The position numbers and the translations under genes are program-made. Of a stretch of DNA of 64,000 nucleotides, positions 22,561-62,421 are shown in pieces. Within the stretch, counting starts at the first letter, position 1; every line of letters starts with the position of its first letter. A model generated the notes under the pieces. That model searched no databases. It saw nothing but the letters and a program-made list of their open reading frames with translations, and was not told the origin of the DNA. Origin of the DNA: Amoebidium appalachense (Eukaryota > Protista > Ichthyosporea); NCBI GenBank assembly GCA_963693365.1, contig CAVNZM010000009.1, positions 8,041,408-8,105,407 of the forward strand, in the 5' to 3' direction.

Positions 22561-22927
22561 ACACACGCATGTCACAAAATCAACTCCATGCCTAGCCGCT
22601 AGCCAACAAACAATCAAAAGCAAAAAAGGTAAAAAAAAACCAAAAAACAAAAACGACACACACTCAACAAACTGCGTTTCTTTTTAAATAAGACAATCGA
22701 GCCGTCTGAAATCCACGACACGATCTTAATCACAAACGTGGCATACGCGCATTGTTGCAGCAAGAAATCTTCATGATTTCTGATCTAAATAAAATTTATC
22801 CCAAAAAAAAAAGGTGCCAAAAGATGCCGAGTTTTCAAATCCCACACCTGTGCGAGCAATCATTCTCATGTTTGTGCTAAAGTCTAACACATAAATATCA
22901 ACGACATAATTTGTCCAATGTCGAGTT

Positions 22928-49054
<26,127 letters not shown>

Positions 49055-49428
49055 TCTTTATGCGGTATGCTAAGTCTATAACCCGTGCGCCCCCTGTTAC
49101 TTGACACTGACTAAGACTGACTAAGACTGACTAAGATGGTGATGCATGGGTTCAGTAGCACGAAGAGTTTATCTTCTCAGGAGCCAAACAAAATCCTTTA
49201 CATATTAGGTGCTTCCTTCTGCTTATCAAAACATTTCTTCTTTCGAAAAACTGGCACACATGCCCAGTAGTGCCGCGTGACGTACACCAGGCTGAACACG
49301 CACACATCGACAAACAACAAAAAGCACCGTGTGTGACGTCCGGCGAGTGCACAGGCTGTGTGGCTCGCGCCAGCGACTGCGGTTCCGGGATCCCGCCGCG
49401 GTTCACAGGACATCCCGGCCTTCCTGTT

Positions 49429-49481
49429 GATTGGACAAAACAGCAGCAGATAAGCCTTATTTGGTTCTTAGGTCACCAATC
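49429..49481. promoter_or_regulatory. Putative NTE promoter, CCAAT cluster
   Basis: GATTGG at ~49429, TATTGG at ~49459, CCAATC at ~49476, in CpG-rich unique sequence ~400 nt upstream of the ATG. Confidence 0.4.
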
Positions 49482-49824
49482 AAGTGGTGGTGTTTGTGAG
49501 CCACTTCGGGAGAATGCCTTCCGAAGCCCGGGGAGTCGGGACCGGCCGGGGTACTCTACCTTTGCACGTAATCTGCGACGTGACAGGGAGTGTGCCAGCT
49601 GAGTGCGAAGCTCCATTACTTCACAGTGCTTCTAAATGACGGGGCGGGCAACAAGTGTGCACTCACACTGGTGTTCAAGCGAGAAAGATACAGGGGGGGG
49701 GGGGGAGGGGGGGGGGGGGGAAGGGGGGGGGGGAAGACAGAGAGAGAGGGCAGAGAGAGACGGGAGGGAGGAAGGAGGGGGAGGGGGGAGGGGGGAGGGG
49801 GGAGTTGAGCTAGAGACGGGGAGG

Positions 49825-50149
<325 letters not shown>

Positions 50150-50653
50150 ACAGGAGAGAAGAAGGAGAGAAGGGACGGGAGAGAGGGACAGAAGTGGGGG
50201 TGGGGATGAGGGCCGGGGGTGGGGGGAGGGGGGAGGGGGGGGGAGAGGGAGAGAGAAACCCACAGCCGTTCTGGTTTGCTTTTTCAGACACCTGTTACTC
50301 GGTAGTCTCTTTTACCTACTACCTCTGGCATCGACGTGCCCTTTATCACTGTCAAACCCAACCTGCCGGGAAAAACGTTTACTTGGGTCCCCAAAGTGTA
50401 ATTAACAGTAACCTCATGCATGCTGTACATGTACACCTATCAGATAAGCTATGAAAGTCTGGGAATTGGCCGACGCAGTGACGCGTCTCTGAATCGTGTG
50501 TTCCTAATATGTGTGGAGTCAGCGCGAGAGTAACCTGTTGCATGGGTGGGCGGGCGGCTGAGTGCATGTACATGTGGTGGTGGTGGTGTGTGTGTTTGAC
50601 TGTGTGTGTGTGTAGTGGTGGTGGTGGTGGGGGAGAAGGAGGGGGCGGGGAGG

Positions 50654-50756
<103 letters not shown>

Positions 50757-50932
50757 GTGCGCGCGCGCGTGTGTGTATTTGTGTGTGTGTGTTGTGCATG
50801 TGTTGCGTATGTGTAATTTTTTCAGTATTTATGTGTGTGTGTGTGTGTGTGTGCGAGCGTGCGCGTGCGCATGTGTGTATTTGTGTGTGTCTGTTGTGCA
50901 TGTGTTGCATATGTGTATTTTTCTGTAATTGG

Positions 50933-51056
<124 letters not shown>

Positions 51057-51544
51057 TGGGGGGGGGAGGGGGTTCAACATGCATGCCCTTTATTTTGAGG
51101 TGTTCGGTCCCCAATGTGATCCCGGAAAACTAGCCCGGTTCGTGAATAGATTATATATCTATGCATGAGATAAATACACCAATTGCAAGGGGAAAAGATC
51201 ACATGGTGTGGTGTGAATAAAAAATGAGCGCTTCAAACATTTTGCAGACGTTTGCCATATAAGGTTTTTTTCCAAAAGAAAAAGGCCTAGAGATACCTCG
51301 TCCCTCTCTCATCCTTCCTCTTTGCTCTGCAACTGGTATTGCTTTAACAGAAGCATATTAGCATGAGAAAACAAGCATGAAATTGTAAAAATGTGCACGA
51401 AAGGAGAGAGAGAGTTCGCCTGAGAACTTTAATTACAGTTTCGAGATAGCGTGATGCTAATCTTGAGTAGTTCGTGCTCAACTTATGTTTGGCTACTTGA
51501 GAGCGACTCCAGATGTGGTGGTTGGCATGGGAAAAGCAGTTGCG

Positions 51545-51587
<43 letters not shown>

Positions 51588-51719
51588 AATATCAATGAAC
51601 ACGAGAGTTGCACCATAGAATGATCTGCAGATACACTTGGAGGTCAAAAACATAACAAACAATAATAATCAAAAATCAAAAAATGAAAATAATACATCTC
51701 AAATAAATGTTGCCAACCA

Positions 51720-51752
<33 letters not shown>

Positions 51753-51896
51753 CCGCGGCCGCGGCCGCCCAGGCCCAGGAAAACAAAACGAAAAAGGCAA
51801 AGCCGAAAAGACGTTCAGGCAAGAAGGAGCTGTGCAATTATGCCATCTGCTTCTTTCCGGGCCCAATTCCTTCCTCCTCCTCCACAGCCTTACGCT

Positions 51897-52222
51897 TCAG
51901 CTCTTTCTCCTACCTCCTTCCTCCATTGTGTACCGTTCCTCGATCGTTTCATCCTCCTCCACATCATCGCCATCTTCATTTTCGAGGGTTTTCCCGTCAT
52001 CCAGTTTCGGCGCACCCCATGCAAGGTAGTATATGTCACGGATTTTGAAAATATTGGGCTCAGGCGAGCAGTAAGAGCCCAGAATATCCAATGGAAGAGA
52101 ACCGTGGTCATCTGTATGTGGTTTTTTTTTAGAATGATTTAAGAAATCCCTTAAGTGCAATTGATCAAAACACATATGACGTGCAGGATGACGGATGGAC
52201 TTGTCAGATAATAGTATAGGAT

Positions 52223-52308
<86 letters not shown>

Positions 52309-52972
52309 GGGGGGATGTAAATGATTCCCGTACACGAAGTTTTTTCAAGTACCTTGCACCGTCTTCTCCCCTCATCTCTTCCCCCCCCCCCCCCCTCCAA
52401 ACGCCCTCCCCCCCTCCCCCCTCCCCCTCCAGCACCAGCACCACCGCCACCGCCACTACCACCCATAACCCAACCCTTTCCTCACCCCCTAATGTGGGAG
52501 TCCCTTTTGCGGCCGCTGCATACCAAGTAAAATCGAATGGAGGTAATTAGAAGATCATGAAGAGAACAAAGTCACAGAAAGAACGCAAGTGATAGCTTGA
52601 CATGGTACGGTAAGGAGAGCAAGTAATCTTCATGGCTCGATGCAACGTAAAAGTCCCTGAAAAATATTAATAGATTAACAAAAACCCTGCCGGCACGATC
52701 ACCAGAATAGTCTGCCATGGTAAGAACTTTCACCAAGCAATATGTTTTGATTTAATGCCCACATAAAAATTCATGATTATATCTTTTAAAACATAACTAC
52801 CTGCTAGCATGATCTCCAGGCCTGTATCCAGCCACCGGTTGCATGCTTCCACCACCACTTTGGCCACAAATCCGGGTACTGCCTCGCTTGGCGGTGCCCC
52901 ACTCCCATAGTCAAGTCGGCCCAAAAACGAGGAAAACTCGTTTTTCGTGTCTGTTTTTTTTTTTTTTTTTTT

Positions 52973-53003
<31 letters not shown>

Positions 53004-53918
53004 GGGAGGGGGGGGGGGGGGGGGGGAGGGAGGGGAGGGGGGGAGTTAGTTTTGTACATCGAGGGGTGTCACAAAGGCACAGATTGGGAACGCTATCGGA
53101 AAGACAGAACAAGTCAAAGTGTTCTATTTGGATACACATTATGATCTCTGACAAAATATTGTGCACCTGGCAAACGACATTTGTGATACATTTATAACGG
53201 AGTACAGGGTGGCACTTCACGATCCCTCCTTTGTTGGCGCCATACACCACCACCATATTGATATGAGTAATTGACGAGGGAATGAGCTTGATTCCAGCTG
53301 CCGGGTCAAACTATATATATCTATATAGGTGGCAGGAAGGGATTTCCCGATGATAAACATATTAGGTCTCAAGTTGCTCTAGGAGGTACTCTGATTTTGT
53401 AGCAACCCTTGACGACTTTAGTGTGAAGGGGAAAACCCCAACTCTAGTTGTGATGTGAACCGCTTATCCCATTAGTTCCCCATGCATATTTAATATATAT
53501 AGTAACAAACCCCTTTTCCTCGTCTTTTTACCCATTGCCTTCTGCTGTTAAGGTCTGAATGTGTGTATATGTGTATGTATGTCCTAAAGTGCAGTTGGGT
53601 GAGATCAGCTGTACTTGTTTGATGATTTAGAGGAAAGAGTATGGGAGGTGTTGAAGAAAGACGCTGAGAGAATCGGAGGGCCAAAACCGATGTCGTACAA
53701 AGCATATTCGGAGTGGGGGTAAAAGCAAGAGCAGATGGTAGTGGGATTAGGGTATACACAGGGATTCGTATGCAAGGAAGGGAGAGGGGGGGGGAGGGGG
53801 GGGGGGGGAGTAGGAGGAAAGGTGGAAGGCGGGAGAGGGGGTGTTAATGCATGAGCTAGAGGAGAGGTGGCAAAGCGTAGAGGATGACAAACGAACAGGC
53901 ACAGACACACATTCAAAG

Positions 53919-53998
<80 letters not shown>

Positions 53999-55076
53999 TC
54001 ACTCACACACACTCTCACACACACACACGCACACACACACACACACACGCGCGCACACACACGCACACACGCACACACACACACACACACACGCACACAG
54101 ACACACAAACGAGTGCACGCGCACGCGCGCGCACGCACACACACACATATATCCACCCCCACAAACACGCACATTCACATATACCCCAACTACACCCACA
54201 CCCATCCCCACACCCACCTGCAACCACAGACCGACCCATCCACACACACACACACACACATGCACGCACAAGCACACCCACACACGCACAAACACACCAT
54301 ACACATACCTACACCCTCACACCTACCCACCCACCCACACACACACAAACACACACACACCTCCGCTGTTTACAGGGGGCAGGTCAATAAGGCCTCTGTT
54401 TGCTGTTTGAGACAGCAAAGTCCAAGAGCGCCTGGATGGATACCGGCGGAATGCAGCTGCCTGGAGGAGCCCATTAGGCGAAATAAATTGAGATATAACT
54501 GAATTTTGTGGAGCTACAACTGAGATATAACTGGGATACCATGGAGGTAAGACTGAGATAACTTGAATATTGCCGAGGTATAGTGAAAATATAATGATGA
54601 TATGGCTATCTCTGAGGCGTTCGAGACACATCATTGAGATAAAAGTGGGGATAATTGAGCCTCTTTATAGTTTGTAGAGTTTAGAAGCTGCAATCCGCTT
54701 CCCATATGGAGTGTTATGTAAGCTGCGACCAGTGGGAGGGTGGAACGGAGGTGCAACTTCCTTTTTATTTGTGTGTGTGTGTTGGGGGGGGAGGGAGGGG
54801 GGAGGGGGCGGGGGGGGGGGGGAGATGGAGCCCAAGTAGTAAAAGGTTAATAAGCTGGGCAGAAGAGGGCTGAAAAGGGTTGGTAGGTGAACAGGGAAGA
54901 ATGTACTCAGAATAAAGAGAAAGGGCAGGGGGGGGAGGGGAGGGGGGGAGGGGGGGGGAAGGGGGTGGAATGGGGGGGGGAGGGAGGGGGGGGGGAGAAG
55001 AGGTCATCGGCAGAGAACTGGGTGGGAAGGGTGCCGGGTACCTTGCAGATGAAAGTTGAGCACATCCAATAGTGTC
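51897..55076 (-). pseudogene. Apparently 5'-truncated, frameshifted paralogue of the 59616-63849 gene
   Basis: Exons 55042-55076 (TLLDVLNFHLQ vs SLMDVINYHLQ), 54361-54460 (100 nt vs 93 nt because of a 7-bp duplication), 52801-52950 (TKNEFSSFLGRLD..VAKVVVEACN..LEIMLA), 51897-52111 (SPEPNIFKIRDIYYLAW vs SPEPTLFKCGNWYHLAW). Intron phases match the paralogue; no matching upstream exons found. Confidence 0.8.
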
Positions 55077-55221
55077 CTGTCGAAATCACCCGTTAAAACT
55101 TTAATCATTATAATAATAATGTGGGATGTGTTTCACACCACCTGAAGCAACACGTGACTTACTTACTATGGGGTAGCAAGACACAAAATCAATTTGCATA
55201 CTACTGTTGTAAAGCTACCTG

Positions 55222-55288
55222 ATTGGTTAAAAATAAAAAGTATGAGCCAATCAAAATCTTTTAACGGAGTTTTTTTTTTGGCGGGAAA
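55222..55288. promoter_or_regulatory. Promoter-like module: two CCAAT boxes plus E2F-like TTGGCGGGAAA
   Basis: ATTGG at 55222, CCAAT at 55247, TTGGCGGGAAA at 55278-55288. Confidence 0.35.
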
Positions 55289-55637
55289 TTTCGTGATATT
55301 CAACGTGACAATATCACGATTCACATCGCAGGCCGCGCCCAGGCATCATCATGGTTGATAGAAACAGCTTCGAAGCCGCTCAGCAGCGTACAGCAATGGT
55401 GTTTGTAAAGTAGAAAACTTTTATGACAGTGTCAGTGGTCATAGTGGACCGAATAATGATGATATGTATGTCTCGACTTGTATTGAATTGTTAGGGTTTT
55501 CTCTCTGTGAAATGGATGATCAAATAATAGTAATAATAGTAATAAATAAGTCACGGGCCCCGGAAACCCAACTCATTGATTTCAGAGTTTATGTCGTTCT
55601 TCATAGAGTAAGAAAACCCCGGTGTATAATCATCACC

Positions 55638-55678
<41 letters not shown>

Positions 55679-55906
55679 AAAAAGAAAAAAAGAAAAAAAA
55701 ACTACCACCATTACCAGCGCCGCCGCCATCGAAGTCCACATTTTTGTTAAGGTTATGTTGGTGGTAATCGTGCCGTGCAACACAAGCATGAAAACCTTCC
55801 ACCAATTCCCATGTTTCGATAATTATGGCATCCCATCTTCGGTTGATGAACTATAAACTGCTGGGACATTTAGTCTAACACCAACTAAAAACCACACGTT
55901 ACACAG

Positions 55907-56025
55907 ACGGGAACACGAGCACCCAGAAATCGAATTTCTGTGGTTTGTGACCAAACTCGACGAATCAAATGGAGGGGCAAAGCGAGGTGGTGCCGTGGAG
56001 TGTGGCAAAAGTGGTGGTACTGGCT
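55907..56025 (+). pseudogene. Inverted single-exon fragment of the same gene family
   Basis: gaatttctgtggtttgtgaccaaactcgac..gaggtggtgccgtggagtgtggcaaaagtggtgg closely matches the reverse complement of ~60560-60650, with an internal frameshift. Confidence 0.8.
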
Positions 56026-56637
56026 ACCTTATTTAATTTCAAAATATTCCGTTTAATTTCAAAATATTCCGTACGGTACTGAGTCCCATATACTTCGCAT
56101 GCCGTACATCATCTGGTTAATATTCATCAAGATAGTATATAAGTGCTTCTAGTCACTGCAGGTATACATAGCGGAGCCTCAATGCCAAATTATAACGAAA
56201 CATACGTGGCACACACAAAAACGTTAACACGCGGTGGCAGACACGCACACACACACTCATACACACACATATAAGGCACTTTAACGAATTTTTTGAGGCA
56301 AATTTACATTTACTGAGTAAAATTGTATAACGTTATGCAGGTTTGAGCATAACGTTATGCACGTTTCAAAAAATTAAAAATGTAATAACTTGGGGACCGT
56401 TCAACCAAAATGCACCATGTATTCACAGTTAGTGTGTTGTTATACCCCCTGCACACGTACACTGAGATACCAGCAAAACAGTTTGATCTGCTCAAGCGAT
56501 CACGAAAAAACATGAAAAAACTTTTAAAAAACTTCAGGTCAAATTTTTCGGTAAAATCCCTTATATAGTATATACAATATTAATGATGGCTGGCCCGGAT
56601 CTGAAACATGAGCTCACGCGCCTCGAGTGACCACGCC

Positions 56638-57362
56638 TCAGTAGAAATCCTCCTCCCATTCTTCTTCGTCGACACATTCCTTTCTCTGCACCTGGGGGGA
56701 GATCTTGCGGTGCATCCTCGATGCCTCCCCGGACCGGGTGCGGCCCCCGACGGGGCGTGTGCTCCCTCCCATGTCCGCGCATAGACTTATAGTTAACAAA
56801 TGTGGGAATCTCACTCTTGGGAAGAGGTGTAACACCTGGGTCCAAAAAGGGGAATTCCAGCATGTAATAGGCTTTGCTCTCCAACACTCGCCGCTCATTG
56901 AGGTCCAACGTGCAGTAATCACCACCTTGGACGTATCATACATAACGTTACATGACCCCATGGCCGCACTCTCTCTCCACTAGACAGCGTCTTGCCGTAC
57001 TTTTCTTGGCACGAAGGGGTCCCGTCCTTGACATCTCCGCAGTAGCCGCAGCCCAGTCACCCACACTGGTTAGCCCAAGAGTAGCTTAGAAACCTCATTC
57101 CATCGGGCATCTCATCGTACATGTTGTGGCCGAAATAGTAGAAGCCGTCGTCGGGGAAGCACCCGTTGCGCATACGGTTTGAACTCGTGGAGGTTGGGTC
57201 GGATATGAGCGTGCAGTTACGGTGGCCGTACACGCTGGGGTCACAGGCCCAGCGCTTGACCATGCAGTCGTCACACTCGGCACGCACGGGCGACGCAAGC
57301 AGGACGCATGCAGCCAGGCAGGCAGACACCAGGGCTTGGACACTTTTCGTAGGGGCACCCAT
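56638..57362 (-). pseudogene. Intronless secreted cysteine-rich protein gene with an in-frame TGA and two apparent frameshifts
   Basis: Signal peptide MGAPTKSVQALVSACLAACVLLASPVRA. The frame continues past TGA 57057-57059 (CG*LGCGYCGDVKDGTPSCQEKYG). Coding-like codon usage then shifts frame near 56935 (YVQGGDYCTLDLNE) and near 56790 (..ECVDEEEWEEDFY*). Confidence 0.6.
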
Positions 57363-57466
57363 GTCGATGGACTCTGTCAGAAATCAGGGCAGTGAAAATC
57401 TTTGGCAACCGTTGGCGTGATGTTGTTCAGTAGTTCTGGGATTTGAGTGAAATCATGAGGTGCAAC

Positions 57467-57502
57467 CATGGCCTCCTAAGGTGTGCTATTTAGGAGGCCT
57501 TG
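57467..57502. mobile_element. 36-bp miniature TIR element with 8-bp TSD, P-superfamily-like termini
   Basis: GGTGCAAC|CATGGCCTCCTAA-GGTGTGCTAT-TTAGGAGGCCTTG|GGTGCAAC. The 13-bp TIRs have one mismatch; exact direct repeats lie at 57459-57466 and 57503-57510. Confidence 0.75.
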
Positions 57503-59481
57503 GGTGCAACACGGTGTCTTGAAGTTTGTGCCTACTATGATGACTACATAACGAGGAGCCTGCACCGCTCTTTATCATCCGTGTCCGTGTTTAAGATACC
57601 ACCTATCATACAGTCAGATCAACGGTGCTCGAGCTCGGCAAAGTCACAGCCATACAAAGGTAAAGTCTGATGTAAGGCTCATATGGCAAAGTTTTGGAGC
57701 ACCCTTTGTAAAAAATAATTTCTCTGTTTCATTCCCACTGTAATATAAATGCGCATATCTGGTCGGCCGGTGCCACGGTCAACGCCAGTCAGCATCCGTG
57801 ACGAGTCAGCAAGCACGCGTGTATGGCCTACAGATCTTGAACGTGGGCCTTGTGAGCTTTATTGCAACAAATCCGAAGATAAAATGAGCAACCAGCTTGA
57901 AGAGCTTGGACACTATGGACAGCGTCGCAACGCCGCTGTGCATTTGCCCAAATGTAAAGGATTCTTGTCAAGCCAAGATGATACACTACGTCAAATTACG
58001 ACTGATGAATTTCGACTATTTATACAGTCATATAGATACATGCTCATAGCACTACCCCAAACGGCGTGCGAGACCTGATTTTAACATGCATTTTCCGAGA
58101 GTATGCCAAATCGGAAAATGCAGCGTGTTATTTAACCCATGGAATATGCCCAAATGAGCCAATCAGGCGCATACTTGTTGGCAATGATCCTCTCGGACGA
58201 GTTGAATTAGTAAAAGTGACGGTACAGTGGTAGAAATTGTCTTTATTTAGAGTAATTTTCGATTTAAATACTCTTTTTGAAGTCAAATTTGGTTCCATAT
58301 GTGTGCCTAATAGGTGTTTTAGACTATTTGACATACCTATTGCGAAGGAATGTAAACAAACATCTGGCATCGAAGGCCAATCAGGGTTTGAAACGCATGC
58401 GAAGTCGATCGGTTCGACTGGGTATAAACTCTCTGTTTTTCGCTGCACTTGAAGGTAAAAAGAGTGGAAGAAGGCTAGAGTATACTCTTTACGAAACGCA
58501 GTTATAACGCCTGGGAAGGAACAACCATATATGAACGAACTACCCTTAGATGAAACTTCTAACAACTTCAAGGTCGCCCCCCCCCCCCCCCCCCCCCCCC
58601 CTCCCCGCCCCGACCCCTACATATTCCCTCTCCCTCCCCCTCCTCCGACCCCCCCCCCCCCCCCCCCCCAACAAAAAAAAAATTCCCATCGCTCCAGCCC
58701 AGAAAAAGGTCCCAATAGACTTTGGGAAGGAGGGGGGGGAGGGGCAGGGGGACTGGGGGGAGGGGAGGGGGGGGGGGGGGGGGAGCTCGAGGGGGAGGAG
58801 GAGGGGGAGGGGAGGGGAGGGGGGAGACGAGGGGGGGCAAATAATGTGACGTGAAACCCTACACGTACGGTTGAGGAACCTCAAGACGGTATTGACCCTA
58901 TTTACCCCGAATTCACCTGTTAGTGACACTATTTATTATCCTTTACACATAGATGACCTGAATCACATACAATGTTTCACACGAAAACCCCTTAAGCATA
59001 GCCTAGGTGGCATAGTATGTAACTTCGGCACTCCAATCTTTCGTTTGAGTTGTAAATGGGGGCGATTTAGCAACAGCCCCCTCCACCCCTCCCCCCCCCC
59101 CCCCCCCCCCCCCCCCGCCCCTTCCCCTCTGCCTCCTTCCTAGCCTCCTCTCCCCCTGCCCCTCCCAGCCAACCCCCCCCCCCCCCCTTCCCCCCCCCTC
59201 CTCTCCCCTCTCTCCTCCCAGCCCTCCTCCCTTCCCCTCCTCCTCCAGACCCCGTTATCTCTTAATTTCACACCAGCCTCTGCATGTAGATCACAAAACT
59301 GTGGGTTTAAGAGTTTAAATTTTAATTGTACCTGGCAGGGGGTAAAATAAGATCATGGGTACTAATATTGAGTCTTTCGGAATAGGGTCTAATTGTTTTA
59401 TTTTTCCGGGGTTCATCATGATTAGCGCATTTATCTTAATTTTTGCCATGCCATTTTTTCTCCTATCCTTTTTTTTTTTTT

Positions 59482-59520
<39 letters not shown>

Positions 59521-59615
59521 TGCGGGGCCCGGTTGTTGAAATGAAACGGTATGATGCCTTGATGTAAATGTTCCGAGCCACATCCCATTTATGCTTTTCC
59601 TGGGTCGTTCTTTCT

Positions 59616-60883
59616 TCACACCTTCCGCCTTGTCTGAGTGCATCCACCGTCAAAATCCTCTGCAGGCCTCTTCCCCTCCCTCACCTCCTCATTTCCGTCC
59701 CCGTCGTGCCCTTGCTCACTTTCACCATCTCCCATGCTCCCTCCAAAATCTTCTTCCATTTCGCCCTCCTCCTCTCTCCACGCGAGATGATACCAGTTGC
59801 CGCACTTGAAGAGTGTGGGCTCTGGGGAGAGATGGGAAGAGAGCACCATATCGTGGGGCTGGCCATTGTCTGAAAACGTTAAAGATGGTAGTGTGAGTTT
59901 TTAGAAAGTGAACGTTGGTGTGAAAGGTAAACAGCCTGCGGCAGGTAGGTGCATGTGTAGCATGCTAGCTCCCTCATCAAATTGGGCAGGGGGGGGGGGG
60001 GGGGGGGAAGGGAGGAGGGTGGGTGGGTGGTGGGGAGGGGGCGAGGGAAGGGCGGGGGGGGGGGGGGGGGGGGGAGGGGGGGGGGGCCAGCTGTATTGGG
60101 GGTTGATATTCTCCCTTTTTTACGTCCTGTCCGGCCAGCCTTCCATTCACTATTTTGTAAAACGAGTCACGTATTCCTGAGCCTCCTTAGTGTAGGTTAT
60201 AAAATAACGCTCTTTCTTTTGCAATCCTGCAATTCTATAAATGGAATAAGTAGCACCATATATGGGCAAAGCCAATCATTTACTCTGACGTCAATAGGAG
60301 TGGTCCACTTCAAATTGACCGCATGACGCTGATAAATGGCAACATGGACTTAACGAATCCAAGGATCCTTCATTCATTATAGTATCGGAATTTTAATTGA
60401 AAACAGAAACAAAAAACGAGCCCATATGCGGAGACATGAAGTTTTTTAATAAAAAAACTTATTTTTTAACATAAAGTTAATGAAATCAAAACTTATTTTT
60501 AAACATACCTGCCAGCACGATTTGCAGGTCCGTACCCAGCGACTCATTGCATGCCGCCACCACCGCTTTTGCCACACTCCACGGCACCACCTCTTCCGGT
60601 GCCTCTCCACCCGACTTGTCGAGTTTGGTCACAAAAGACAGAAACTCGTTTTTGGTGTTGGCACTTGTCCCTGTGTGTGGTGATGGGTGACGTCTTGTTA
60701 GAGGAAAAAAGCGATAACATCCAGCCAAATGTGAAATTTTTAAGCCCTCGAATTATTTGTGCTCGAATTATCTCAAAGCTTGGAGATGGAATGGCCATGA
60801 TTTGCCTTTGTTCACAAACTGCTTTTGTTTTGTTTTTGTTTTTGTGTCTTGTGTTTTTATTTTTTCTTTTTTATTTCTTTCTT

Positions 60884-60933
<50 letters not shown>

Positions 60934-61343
60934 GGGGGGGGGGAGGGGCGGTAGGGGAAGGGAAGGGAAGGGGGAGAGGAGGAGGGGGGGGGGGGGGGGG
61001 GGGGGGGGAGGGGAGGCAGATCGACATGCCGGGTATGTGGGAATGTGTTAAGGGAGGGTGAGTGGGTGAGTGGGAGGGACAGGGACGGATGGTTGGGCTC
61101 GCAGAAGAGGGTGGCAGGGGGGAGGGGGGCAAGAAAAGCCATACACAGTTAATAGAGAGGCCTCAGGAGGAGAAAAAAGGAAAGAAAGGGGCCGGGGGGA
61201 GAGGGGGGGGGGGGGGGGGATTGGGTGCGGTAAGTAGCAATATTGAAAAACCATCATCTTTGACCTACTTTTTTTGTCTTGAGAAAGGAAAGGGGAGAAG
61301 GGGGAAGTAAGGGGGCAGGCGGAGCCTCAGGGAAAGGGAGGCT

Positions 61344-61380
<37 letters not shown>

Positions 61381-61784
61381 CGGAAGGGGGAGGGGCGGGA
61401 GAGGGAGGGGGGAAAGAGAGAGAGAGAGAGAGTGGGGGGGGGGGGGAGGGGGGGGGGGGGGGGAATGATATACCTTCGTTAATAACAGGGGGCAGGGTGA
61501 TGAGTTGGCGGTTTGAGACGGCAAAGTCAATGAGAGAGTGGATGGACGCTGGGTCGATGTTATTCGCTGGAGGATATATATGGTTGTTAGTCCGACGATT
61601 TGATTGGTTGGTTTTGGGGAGGGAAGTCGGGAATATGGCAGGGTTGTGGAAGGTAGATTTGCACCCGGGGTTGAACAATCAAAAGAATTGGAACTGAAAG
61701 ATAAGAGAAATTTGGTATAAGAGATCAGAGGATTTCGGAGTAGACCTAAGCAAAAATGAGTTTAGGCTTAAACGAAACCCCCCC

Positions 61785-61819
<35 letters not shown>

Positions 61820-62226
61820 CCCGGGGATTTGTTGGGGAGTATGTGTGGTGTTTCTAGGAGAAAGCTGCACGTGTATAGAATCACAGAACGTACGTCTACT
61901 GGTTGATAGATACATCCCTACACACGTGCACACATTCAAGCACGGAAGCACGCGCGCACGCGCACACGCTTACATCCACACGCACACGCACACCAACACC
62001 CAGACCCAGACCCAGACCGAACATCCACACTTTCACACACACGCACACACACGCACACACACGCACACACACGCACACACACGCACACACACACACACAC
62101 ATACTCGGTCTCTCTCTCTCTATCTCTCTCTCTCACCAAGTCGCTCACGCACATGCACATGTGTAACACATGTGCACACTCAGGCACACACACATGCACA
62201 CGCACATAAACACAACATACACACAA

Positions 62227-62279
<53 letters not shown>

Positions 62280-62336
62280 CCTTGCAGGTGGTAGCACACA
62301 CACATGCACACGCACATAAACACAACATACACACAA

Positions 62337-62421
<85 letters not shown>

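Noticed and set aside
54489-54565. Spaced TGAGATA(T)AACT repeats resembling a CRISPR array
   Set aside because: Three short degenerate units in a eukaryotic intron, with no cas genes.
57749-58571. ORFs 57749-58078 (+) and 58128-58571 (-)
   Set aside because: No recognisable motifs or linked exons; cannot be supported as genes.
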